The notes beneath the pieces are model-generated. The model saw only the letters and a list, made by a program, of their open reading frames with translations. It searched no databases and was not told where the DNA came from. This document shows positions 10,301-17,353 of a DNA stretch of 64,000 nucleotides, in pieces. The position numbers and the translations under genes are program-made. The first letter of the stretch is position 1. Each line of letters opens with the position of its first letter. The DNA is taken from positions 54,314 through 118,313 of the forward strand of contig CAJOFE010000007.1 in the NCBI GenBank assembly GCA_905233825.1, in the 5' to 3' direction. Source of the DNA: an uncultured Prevotella sp. (lineage in GTDB: Bacteria > Bacteroidota > Bacteroidia > Bacteroidales > Bacteroidaceae).

Positions 10301-12033
10301 CGGTCGAGGCCCATCACCTTCAACAGCGTTGCACTCTTCAACTCCTTCTCAGGCAGATAAGAGAGGTAGGTGCCCGTTGTGTCGCTCTGGTATTTGATGT
10401 TCAGGCGGAACTTCTCTTTCTCCACCGACATGGCCAGATAGTACACGTTCTTCATCATCAGGTCCCAGTTACCCTGCGAAGGGTTGTTCGACGTATTCTT
10501 CAGCGCCTTCACGAACAGACAACGGTTGGTCTGCGTGATGTCGGTAGAGAACTCACCCACCTGATAGGTCTGTCCTCCGTAGGTATATTCAAAGGCTACG
10601 GCCAGCACCTGGTCGGTCTGCAGGCCTGTCTTCAGCGAGATATATCCCAGAGACGTGTTTAACGTGTATTCGCTTGGTGAGAGCAGGTATGCTGAGGCCA
10701 CCTTCTCATAATCCACGCCACCCGTCAGTCCGTTGATAGACTCTAACTGTACTGACACTTGGTCGATATCGCGAGAGTTAGCGTCGATGTTGGCCACCAG
10801 GGTTGAATAGACGTCGTTGGCCAGGTTGCCAGGCACCTGCATGCCCGTGGGGCTCCACATGGGATTCTTGATGACCTTGTTTTCGCCCAAGTCGGTGAAG
10901 GCCACGATGTTACGGGTGTTATTAGTGTTACTCGTCTTGTTGGTCACCCACACCTCCACGCGATTAATCTTGATGCCCGTCGTCAGGTTGGGCAACGTGC
11001 TCATGGCTCGGTCATACTGCTGACGGAAGAAGTGGCTTAGGAAAAAGTGACGGTTCTCCTCATAGTCGGCTGCGTCGATTTCGAATGGCGCTGTCGAGAC
11101 GCCATCCTTACTGGTCACGCTACCCGATGAGCTCTTCTTCTGCGACACTACTGTCTGCAGTTTCAGCTTGCCAAACTGCATGTCGGTATGAATGCCGAAG
11201 AGCGACGAGGCGCCGTGCACCAGCGAGTTATTCGAGGGAAACGACACGTTGCCGGCTTCCACCAGCTTGATGATCTCGTCTTCCTTGCCGTCGTACTTCA
11301 GCTTGATGTTCTTCGTGTCCCAATCGACGGTGGCATCGGTGTTGTAATTCAGGGTCATGTTCACCTTGTCGCCCACCTTGCCGGTAACATTCAGGTTGAT
11401 TTTCTCATCGAAATCGAAGCTCGTCGTCTTCCTGTTGCGGATGGGTAGCGAGGGGTTGTCGATGTCCTTCTTCGTAAGACCCATCTTCAGCTCGGCTGTT
11501 CCACGCGTCTGCACACGCACTCCACCCGGGCCAAAAATCTTCTCAGCCGGGCCGAGGTCGAAATGCATGTCGCTGAACGTGAACTTGTCCTCGCCCTTCG
11601 TCTTCACGTTTTCAGCATCCTTCTGACGGAAGAACTGCTGACGGGCGCGAATCTCGCTCCACTTCATATACTCCTCGGGCGTCATCATGATGGGCGTGTT
11701 CAGGTAGGAGTCGCCTATCTTCGAGCCGATATAATAGACGTTCAGCGAGTCATCATACTCCACCTTTTGCTTGATGTTATCAGGCATGCGCAGGTCGATG
11801 GCGCTAGAGTCGAGGTCAGCCACCTCCACAGGTGCCGTCGGCTGGATGCGCCAGCGAGCTGTGGGGATGGTGTCGGCAGTAGTAGTAAGTGATGAGTGGT
11901 AAGTGGTGAGTGGATTTCTCCTTTCACCCTTCACCACGCACCACTCACCTGTCAGCAAGATGCATAACAACAATAATATGTATGTGAACTGCTTCACGTT
12001 TCTTCTTTTCTCATGGCGACGAGCGCGTAGCAC
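4324..12033 (-). CDS. sprA: T9SS translocon / cell-surface protein SprA
   Basis: A 2,569-aa ORF with a signal-like segment KQFTYILLLLCILL. Size and composition (Asn/Tyr/Ser-rich beta-barrel) are typical of SprA. The start is GTG at 12033, or the in-frame GTG at 11997, which gives MKQFTYILL. Confidence 0.88.
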   Translation of the reverse strand: MLRARRHEKRRNVKQFTYILLLLCILLTGEWCVVKGERRNPLTTYHSSLTTTADTIPTARWRIQPTAPVEVADLDSSAIDLRMPDNIKQKVEYDDSLNVYYIGSKIGDSYLNTPIMMTPEEYMKWSEIRARQQFFRQKDAENVKTKGEDKFTFSDMHFDLGPAEKIFGPGGVRVQTRGTAELKMGLTKKDIDNPSLPIRNRKTTSFDFDEKINLNVTGKVGDKVNMTLNYNTDATVDWDTKNIKLKYDGKEDEIIKLVEAGNVSFPSNNSLVHGASSLFGIHTDMQFGKLKLQTVVSQKKSSSGSVTSKDGVSTAPFEIDAADYEENRHFFLSHFFRQQYDRAMSTLPNLTTGIKINRVEVWVTNKTSNTNNTRNIVAFTDLGENKVIKNPMWSPTGMQVPGNLANDVYSTLVANIDANSRDIDQVSVQLESINGLTGGVDYEKVASAYLLSPSEYTLNTSLGYISLKTGLQTDQVLAVAFEYTYGGQTYQVGEFSTDITQTNRCLFVKALKNTSNNPSQGNWDLMMKNVYYLAMSVEKEKFRLNIKYQSDTTGTYLSYLPEKELKSATLLKVMGLDRLDANMKPHSNGQFDFVPGYTISNGRIFLPSAEPFGDYLRNYLTQKGMGELADKYCFDQLYDSTKTVAKQNAEKDKFILTGQYKGTAANVIQLNGTNIPQGSVRVTAGGVELKEGTDYTVDYTAGEVTIINQSIADAKTPIQATFESDTDYGMQRKTMFGVNWEYDFTKNFSLGGTLLHLSEQALTTKVGMGEEPLNNTLWGLNLNWKQESQWLTRMLDRLPLLHLTQPSYITLTGEFAQLIAGKAHGTQDNASYIDDFENTKSLLDVGDPKAWVLSSVPSMFPEASDKEGVSSGYNRALLSWYNVDPIFTRRSSSLTPGHIKSDLEQLSNHYIREVYVRELYPNRDQSSYNGATSTLPVLNLSYYPQERGPYNLTLDYNADGTLKNPAQRWGGMMRRMDITTDFEQANIEYVEFWLLDPFIYTRQQGTASQYSGELYINLGEVSEDVLRDGKKFYESNMPVDGTSKFVDTQWGKIPVQSAENYAFATSSGSREKQDVGLNGLTDEEERTFGVYADWLSKIGSVVSNDSLLQAWRQDPAGDDYHYYRGSDFDDERKSILDRYRRINNPQGNSPSSDNQTESYDTSYKTGPDVEDINQDFTLNEYERYYQYRIPISDSELQAYNNGMKSEDSYIVDHRDYSAKLRNGETETVRWYQYRVPLQEWEKKVGAINDFTSIRFMRMFLTGFEHPITLRFGSLDLVRGEWRQYKQNLMTGAGAETGTLEMSAVNVEENTERQPVAYVLPPGISRVQDPNQQQLTEDNEQAMCLTVKNLSQNESKAVYKNTNLDLRQYKRLQMFVHANYLVPNATNLEDNQLAVFIRLGSDYKSNYYEYLIPLKVTPEGHYNWNVPSDRPIVWPEENMLDINLHVFTALKKARNKARSEGLASFTQLFSDYDPDKPNNRISIMGNPSLGEVKTMIIGVRNLSSSPKSGEVWVNELRLREANNDGGWAASGAMNVQLSDLGMVNMSGRYITDGFGGLEETVIQRSKETEKLYSITANVELGKLFPDKAQVSAPLYYSYTNESISPKYNPLDSDMELDDALESAFDKRERDSIESIAVTKEISRNFSLSNVRVGIKNKKNPMPYDPANFSFSYSHSHHNTSGETTIFENEDHWRGVLNYSYTPVYKTWEPFKKSKSKSKWMQLPMSLGLNYLPQSISFNSELTRAYYELQERDLENTEDPNLPLTFSEQFLWNRDFSLRWDLTKNLHMNFQSATHAEIEEPYTPINKDLYADHYQAWKDSVWQSVSHWGTPLDYRQSFSASYQVPIDKLPIFDWVKLDGKYDASYSWLRGTEMDDGTSLGNTIQNNRNMTVNGTINMETLYNHIPFLKKTNEYFKKAPQKKNDKKPTTRSRTQGASNKAGDKDGKDNKDGKDNKDSKDAKVLPKNKNSFQKEIVLVPDSVVEVQHGKKSKRLLVSARGKDGKIVQVKWKVVDENKIKVWYKAPNRPTPAPSLEVKEEDTSSTDSLSVQRDLTPPSQVGEGGESLSIMLSVTPKEPLDNQWWYNPAQQAARLLMMVRSVSFSYRNQRSMMLPGFMPNVGDMFGQRTGDILTPGLDFAFGLTGDNYVDKALDKGWLLCNESVATPSTSQQNEDFQLRATVEPFRDFKIDLTATRTQNRARSVQFMYAGQPTTYSGTFNMTTISIKSALEGMGNANNGYHSSAFERFREAIPEFRNRVQAQYPDPSNGGTVEAPTGATGGASVDPYSADVLIPAFLSTYTMGAGKSLAIFPALSRLLPNWTVKYAGLSKIPWLADHFKSVNLNHSYKSVYSVGSYASYSSWVQYMGDLGYVQAADGSYAPSSRFNISTVSINEQFSPLLGMDVTLQNNMTFKVEYKTTRVLNLSMTSVQLNETRSKDWVVGLGYKISNLNLFGSGSSRKVKGSKKGSKNDEEQSSNSRTSNRRSTGVNHDLNTRLDVSFRKEAAIIRDIATGVSSASSGNSALKISFAADYTLSRFLTLTAYYDRQTNNPLLSSSSYPTTTQDFGFSLKFSLTR

Positions 12034-12286
12034 GTCTTAATATTAACGCTATTTGCATATTATTATTGTGTAAAGGCCGATTATTCTGTCTAAGAAGAGG
12101 ATGAAGAAGGGAAAAAGGGAGAAAAGGAAGTAAAGTCACGCGATACGGAAGACACTCGCTTCCAAATGATGAAATTATTTGACACAAGCCCTCTCATATT
12201 TCGCTCAGAACTCATCAAGTACCCTTCTGCCCGAAAATAAGCGAGTTTTGGGCACTTTCGTACCTCGCTCATTCCCAACGGGTTAC

Positions 12287-12503
12287 AAAACAGCGCCGTT
12301 TTTTGCTCCAAACAAACGGCATCTTCAGGACTAGGAAACGGCATTTCCAAGCCCTGGAAATGGCATTTCGGAGGCTTCAAAACGGCATCTTGCACGCTCC
12401 TAAAACGATTTTGGACGCAGCAAAATGAATTTTCGAGCGTTCAAAGTGGCATTTTCCTCGTTTGAAGCTCCATTTCTCTCCTTCAAAAGTGCTCCTTTCC
12501 CTC
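12287..12503. repeat. Array of ~9 same-orientation, progressively degenerate ~22-bp units of the GGAAACGGCATTTCC family
   Basis: Units start at about 12311, 12333, 12355, 12377, 12399, 12422, 12441, 12462 and 12482. The array lies in the 650-bp gap between the ruvA stop and the sprA start. Confidence 0.8.
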
Positions 12504-12684
12504 TTCCGTTTTTCTATTTTGCCCTGTTCCGAGAGGTCTCTTTTTTGTCATTTTCCTCAACATCTTGCTTCTTCCTCCACAGCATCACGCGCATTATTTC
12601 CGCCATAAGTAATATAGATGACAGAAATTATGTGTAACTATGTACCCCAAATCGGAAAAAGGCAAGTAAGATTCTTCACCAAGC

Positions 12685-13287
12685 TTATTTGATCTGCTTC
12701 AAGGCCAGCTTTACCACCTGTTCGACAGGCAAAGCGGGCTGTTCCTGAAGGATGGCAACGACAACCTTCTGCGTGGGAGCAGGCGAGAAGCCAAGCATGG
12801 TGAGGGCAGCTACGGCCTCGTCGCGCACGGCATTATTAATGGGTGCTGCCACACTACCACCAGCAGGAATCTCATCGGCGATACCCAAAGCTACAATCTT
12901 GTCGCGCAGATCGACGATGATGCGCTGAGCCGTCATCTTGCCGATGCCTTTGATGCTCTGTATGAGACGAGCGTTGCCTGTGCTGATGGCATTGCATAAC
13001 TCGCTGACACTCATGCCGGAAAGCATCATACGCGCCGTGTTGGCACCTACGCCGCTGACGGTGATGAGCAGTTCGAACATCTCACGCTCTTTCTTCGAGG
13101 CAAAACCGTAGAGCACGTAGGCATCTTCGCGAATGGCCTCATAGACATAGAGCTTGGCCTCCTTCTTGGTTTGTATAGCTGTGTAGGTATTCAGCGAAAT
13201 GTTCAACCCATAGCCCACGCCGGCGGCTTCGATGGTTGCCAAAGCGGGCGTCAGCTCGGTAAGCTCGCCCTTGATGTATTCAATCAT
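12685..13287 (-). CDS. ruvA: Holliday junction branch-migration complex subunit RuvA
   Basis: 200 aa. It begins MIEYIKGEL...[13 protein letters not shown] and has HhH motifs ([25 protein letters not shown]). Confidence 0.93.
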   Translation of the reverse strand: MIEYIKGELTELTPALATIEAAGVGYGLNISLNTYTAIQTKKEAKLYVYEAIREDAYVLYGFASKKEREMFELLITVSGVGANTARMMLSGMSVSELCNAISTGNARLIQSIKGIGKMTAQRIIVDLRDKIVALGIADEIPAGGSVAAPINNAVRDEAVAALTMLGFSPAPTQKVVVAILQEQPALPVEQVVKLALKQIK

Positions 13288-13387
13288 ATCCGTTCCGTTG
13301 TTTGTATATATACATCTTTATTAACGAGGGGAAGGTTGGTTTATTGCCTTAAGCGTAATAAATCAGGCTTTTTCGCGTTAAGAAAAT

Positions 13388-16081
13388 ATGGAGAAATGTT
13401 TCAACGCTGAACAAAGGCGTGTCATCGAAGCAACGGGAGGCCACCACTTGGTGCTGGCTCCGCCTGGATGTGGCAAGACAGCCGTGCTGGCCGAGCGCAT
13501 AGCTTGGGCTCACGAGCAGGGCGTGCCGTTCAGCGAGATGGCCTGTCTGACCTTCACCAACCGTGCTGCCCGTGGTATGCGAGAAAGAGTGTTTTCGAGG
13601 TACGAGGGCGCGATGATGATGGACGAGCTGTTCATCGGCAACGTGCACCGTTTCTGTCTGCATTTCCTTTTCGACAACGGTCTTGTGCCTCAGCATGCCG
13701 CTGTCATCGATACCGACACGAGCATCAGCATCATTGCCGACTACATGGGCGAGGACGAGCTGCAAGTGCTGGACGACAACAAGAGCCGTCTGCGCTATTC
13801 GCAGATCATCAACCTGCAACACCTGATGCGGCAACTACGGGAGGGGCATCCCAACGACATTGCTATTCATGCCGACGCCGTGAATGCCAAAACGATGAAC
13901 GAGTTGTGCCGTGCCTTCTCATTGCCCTATCAACGGAAGGGCGTGGTACAGCTGTACCAACAATCTGCCGACTATCGTGAAGAGAACACCCTGCTGAGCA
14001 GCGAGGCCCGCCTGTTGCTGCAACAGCTGTATGCAGCCCATCAGTATGAGCAATACAAAGCGCAGAACGACTTGTTGGACTTCGAGGATCTGCTACTCGA
14101 CACGTATGATACGCTTCGAGAGTACGAGGTACAAGGTGCGAAGAACGAGAATAGTTCAGAAGTACGGAAATACAAGTGGCTACAGATAGACGAGGTGCAA
14201 GACCTGAACCCCTTGCAGCTGGCCATCATCGACAGCTTCACGGCTCCTGATGCCACCGTAGTCTATTTAGGCGATGCACAGCAGGCCATATTCTCGTTCA
14301 TGGGTGCCAAGACTGACACGCTGACCTTATTGCGACAACGCTGTGGCGACGACCACTTCTACAACTTCTACCAAAACTATCGCTCGCCGCAATATCTGTT
14401 AGACATCTTCAATAGCTTCGCCCAAAGGCAGTTGGGTATCGATGCCGCCCTGCTGCCCACCACGCAGAATCAGACACCACGACAGCCTGGCGACGTGCTA
14501 CTGATGGAGGCTCAGACGAACATCGACGAGGCGAACATGGTGGCACGCGAGGTGAAACGCCTCTACGAGCAATACCCCAATGAAACCATCGCCGTCGTAG
14601 TGGCCTTCAACAGCGATGCCGACGAGGTAAGCAACGCCTTAGGGAAGCTGCCCCACTTCAAGATCAGCGGCACCGACTTTTTCAGCACGCCGCCCATGCG
14701 TCTGCTGTTGGCCCATCTGGGCGTCAATCACATGGAACACGACTTCATCAGCTGGTCGCACATCTTCACCGGTCTGAATATCTATGCCTCGAACAGCGCT
14801 GCCCGCCAGACCGTGCGCGCTATGATGCAGTTGGCCATTACGCCTGCCGACCTGCTGCAATATGAGGATACCACCTACGTGGCTGAGTTCGTAAAGACCT
14901 ACGAGCAACAGGACATCGTGGTATTCGACACTGAGACGACAGGCCTCAGCGTCTTTGAAGATGATGTGGTGCAGATAGCGGCCATCCGTGTGCAGCAAGG
15001 TAAAGTCATCGATGAGCTGAATATCTTCATCGAAACTGCTCGTGAGATACCGCCCATGCTGGGTGACATCGTGAACCCGCTTGTAGAGGAGTATCGACAA
15101 CAGCCTCACCTGAGCCATCAGGAGGCTCTCGAGCGCTTCGTCACCTTCGCCCAAGGCTGCGCTATCTTAGGGCACAACGCCACCTACGATTATCAGATTA
15201 TGGAGCATAATATGCGGCGCTACGCCCCACACTTGTCGATGTACAACCTGTGGCCCAGCTATTTAGACACGCTGAAGCTAAGCCGACTGCTCCATCCGCG
15301 ACAGAAGAGCTATAAGCTGCGCGACCTGCTGGTGCAGTTGAACTTAGAGGGCACGAACTCGCACTTGGCCAACGATGACATCATGGCCACGCTGAGCCTG
15401 GCAACCCATTGCTACGAATGCGGACGCTCCATCACTGGGCGACAGCTGGAGTTCCTGAGCCGTCATCGTCGCATGGCCCAGCGCTTCCGCATGCTCTACT
15501 ATGAGTTGTACCAGCATACGCAGGAGCAGCTATACAAACTCCCCTCAACAGGAGAAGCGTTGGCCAGCGAGGTTCAATATACCTACGACTACCTACTGAA
15601 AAACAACTTCATTCCCTCCTTGCCCAAACTGCAATACATGCTGCGCTATATCGAAGCAGAATTAACTTCTCCCCTTACAGGGAAAGGCCGGGAAGAGGAC
15701 GGGAACCGAGAGGAATACTATGTCTCCCTTGCCGAACAGCTGAGCCGCCACTACTCCGACCTCTGTACGCTGAAGGAAGCCGATCTCTGCGGTTCGGCCA
15801 GTATGACAGAGCGTGTCTTCGTAAGCACCGTTCATAAGGCCAAGGGACTGGAGTTCGATTCCGTTATCGTCTATGACGCCATCGACGGCAAGTACCCAAG
15901 CGCCTACGCCACACGCGAAGACATCAACGGAGAGGAGGCGCGCAAGTTCTACGTGGCCATCTCACGTGCACGCAGGCGTCTCATCATCAGCTATTGCCAC
16001 AACACCGTCACCCGTTGGGGTTCGTGGTACGCCAAGGTGCTCACGCCCTACATGAACGCCATCAGCGGCTGTTTCCAATAA
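13388..16081 (+). CDS. UvrD/PcrA-like SF1 helicase with an internal DEDDh (DnaQ-like) 3'-5' exonuclease domain
   Basis: 897 aa. Motifs seen: Walker A APPGCGKT, motif II QIDEVQD, NYRS, then FDTETTGL / HNATYDYQIM / HLANDD (Exo I-III, about nt 14900-15420), then VHKAKGLEFD and ISRARRRL. Confidence 0.8.
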   Translation: MEKCFNAEQRRVIEATGGHHLVLAPPGCGKTAVLAERIAWAHEQGVPFSEMACLTFTNRAARGMRERVFSRYEGAMMMDELFIGNVHRFCLHFLFDNGLVPQHAAVIDTDTSISIIADYMGEDELQVLDDNKSRLRYSQIINLQHLMRQLREGHPNDIAIHADAVNAKTMNELCRAFSLPYQRKGVVQLYQQSADYREENTLLSSEARLLLQQLYAAHQYEQYKAQNDLLDFEDLLLDTYDTLREYEVQGAKNENSSEVRKYKWLQIDEVQDLNPLQLAIIDSFTAPDATVVYLGDAQQAIFSFMGAKTDTLTLLRQRCGDDHFYNFYQNYRSPQYLLDIFNSFAQRQLGIDAALLPTTQNQTPRQPGDVLLMEAQTNIDEANMVAREVKRLYEQYPNETIAVVVAFNSDADEVSNALGKLPHFKISGTDFFSTPPMRLLLAHLGVNHMEHDFISWSHIFTGLNIYASNSAARQTVRAMMQLAITPADLLQYEDTTYVAEFVKTYEQQDIVVFDTETTGLSVFEDDVVQIAAIRVQQGKVIDELNIFIETAREIPPMLGDIVNPLVEEYRQQPHLSHQEALERFVTFAQGCAILGHNATYDYQIMEHNMRRYAPHLSMYNLWPSYLDTLKLSRLLHPRQKSYKLRDLLVQLNLEGTNSHLANDDIMATLSLATHCYECGRSITGRQLEFLSRHRRMAQRFRMLYYELYQHTQEQLYKLPSTGEALASEVQYTYDYLLKNNFIPSLPKLQYMLRYIEAELTSPLTGKGREEDGNREEYYVSLAEQLSRHYSDLCTLKEADLCGSASMTERVFVSTVHKAKGLEFDSVIVYDAIDGKYPSAYATREDINGEEARKFYVAISRARRRLIISYCHNTVTRWGSWYAKVLTPYMNAISGCFQ

Positions 16082-16083
16082 GA

Positions 16084-16137
16084 TAAAAAAGGAGAAAAAA
16101 AGAATGCAGACCTTGGTTGTCACAACTGAGTCTGCAT
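16084..16137 (-). terminator. Strong hairpin with a U-tract only on the minus-strand side
   Basis: The stem pairs atgcagac (16104-16111) with gtctgcat (16130-16137), with an inner gttgt/acaac pairing. On the minus strand it is followed by tcttttttt ctcctttttt. Confidence 0.7.
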
Positions 16138-16298
16138 CTAAACGATATTAATAACTAAAAACCTTCTCTAAAAACATGTTACCTTTGAACAAATCTTTAT
16201 TACCTAAAAAACTAAAAACCTAATGAAACTAACAATTCTTAACTTACCTAATAACTAACAACTATTGAAGATCTCTTTTATCGTTTTTGTCTTTTGAC
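16090..16298 (-). ncRNA. Candidate ~205-nt small RNA (unknown family)
   Basis: It is bounded by a perfect -7 box TACCTTTG (16303-16310, minus) and the U-tract terminator at 16084-16137. The longest ATG ORF inside is 9 codons. It is AT-rich with about 8 TTAG(G/T)T words. Confidence 0.35.
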
Positions 16299-16302
16299 GA
16301 TG

Positions 16303-16310
16303 CAAAGGTA
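16303..16310 (-). promoter_or_regulatory. -7 box TACCTTTG with no CDS downstream
   Basis: The plus-strand sequence is caaaggta. It is identical to the boxes seen in front of several CDSs in this window. Confidence 0.5.
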
Positions 16311-16436
16311 CAACGAAAAACGAAACCACACATCATTTTTCTTTGCTTTTTGACGAAAAAAGCGTTGATTATTGACGCAGGTCAAGTAAGATGTGTGCGA
16401 GCACATGCGTTTTGTGCTCGGAAACAGCCCTAATGG

Positions 16437-17225
16437 TTAAGAATTCAATACAGCGGAAACCAAGTTAGTCAGCTCCACGAATTCAGAGATGCTGAGTTGC
16501 TCAGGGCGACGAGTAGCAAATTGAGAATTGAGGATTGAAATCTGATCGTTTGGCAATAACTGGCGAAGACTGACGCGCAGCATCTTACGACGCTGGCCGA
16601 ACGTGGTCTTCACGACACGCTTGAAGAGCTGCTCGTCGCATCCCAAGTTCATCACCTCGTTGCGCGTCATGCGGATGACGGCACTCTGTACTTTGGGAGG
16701 CGGATTGAACACGCCTGGCTCCACGGTAAAGAGATATTCCACATTATACCAAGCCTGGATGAGCACAGAGAGGATGCCATATTGCTTGTTGCCCGGAGGA
16801 GCGGCCATGCGCAAGGCCACCTCGCGCTGAATCATACCTGTGCAGCAGGGGATAAGGTCGCGATTATCGAGCATCTTGAAGAATATCTGCGAGGAAATAT
16901 CGTAAGGATAGTTTCCCGTCAGCACAAACTGTTGACCGTCGAAAAGCGTTCGAAGGTCCATACGCAGGAAATCCTCACCAATGATATGATCATGCAGGCG
17001 AGGGAAGTGCTCGTAGAGATACTCCACCGATTCTGCATCAATCTCCACTACCCGCAACGGGCGTGGCTTCTCAGCCAGATACTGTGTAAGCACTCCCATG
17101 CCTGGACCCACCTCTAATACGGGCAGATCAGGACAGGCATCGACGGTATCGGCAATGCGCTTGGCAATGGATAAGTCAGTCAGGAAGTGCTGACCTAAAT
17201 TCTTCTTTGGTCTAACTTGTTTCAT
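16437..17225 (-). CDS. rsmA: 16S rRNA (adenine1518/1519-N6)-dimethyltransferase
   Basis: 262 aa counted from the ATG at 17225 (MKQVRPKKNLGQHFL). An SAM motif VLEVGPGMG is present. The tracked ORF start at 17291 runs through the promoter and is rejected. Confidence 0.9.
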   Translation of the reverse strand: MKQVRPKKNLGQHFLTDLSIAKRIADTVDACPDLPVLEVGPGMGVLTQYLAEKPRPLRVVEIDAESVEYLYEHFPRLHDHIIGEDFLRMDLRTLFDGQQFVLTGNYPYDISSQIFFKMLDNRDLIPCCTGMIQREVALRMAAPPGNKQYGILSVLIQAWYNVEYLFTVEPGVFNPPPKVQSAVIRMTRNEVMNLGCDEQLFKRVVKTTFGQRRKMLRVSLRQLLPNDQISILNSQFATRRPEQLSISEFVELTNLVSAVLNS

Positions 17226-17233
17226 TCTGGATG

Positions 17234-17241
17234 CAAAGGTA
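17234..17241 (-). promoter_or_regulatory. -7 box TACCTTTG for rsmA, 8 nt from the ATG
   Basis: The plus-strand sequence is caaaggta. Confidence 0.6.
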
Positions 17242-17243
17242 CT

Positions 17244-17333
17244 AAAAAAGTAAAAAAGTAAAAAGGTAAAATGTAAAAAAGTAAAAGACATCTTTACTTT
17301 TTTCCCCTTTTTACTTTCTTACCTTTAAAAAAA
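17244..17333. repeat. Imperfect ~35-bp-arm palindrome built from GTAAAAAG words and their complement, between divergent promoters
   Basis: The sequence reads aaaaaagtaaaaaagtaaaaaggtaaaatgtaaaaaagtaaaag-acat-ctttacttttttcccctttttactttcttaccttt. Confidence 0.65.
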
Positions 17334-17337
17334 TTCG

Positions 17338-17345
17338 TATCTTTG
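17338..17345 (+). promoter_or_regulatory. -7 box TATCTTTG, 8 nt from the ATG at 17354
   Basis: Read directly from the sequence. Confidence 0.6.
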
Positions 17346-17353
17346 CATCTCGG

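Noticed and set aside
12287-12503. A possible CRISPR array, considered because of the regular ~22-bp periodicity.
   Set aside because: The units abut one another with no unique spacers. They degrade progressively, no cas genes are nearby, and the same unit forms terminator hairpins elsewhere.
12090-12637. Two ORFs (101 aa minus, 70 aa plus) in the ruvA-sprA gap.
   Set aside because: Their translations are periodic read-outs of the 22-bp repeat array (GNGI/EMPF/KCHF-type repeats). They are not coding.
13349-13834. A 161-aa minus-strand ORF overlapping the 5' end of the helicase gene.
   Set aside because: It is antisense to a motif-rich helicase N-terminus (Walker A) and runs into the ruvA/helicase divergent promoter region. 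Its composition is that of a shadow frame.
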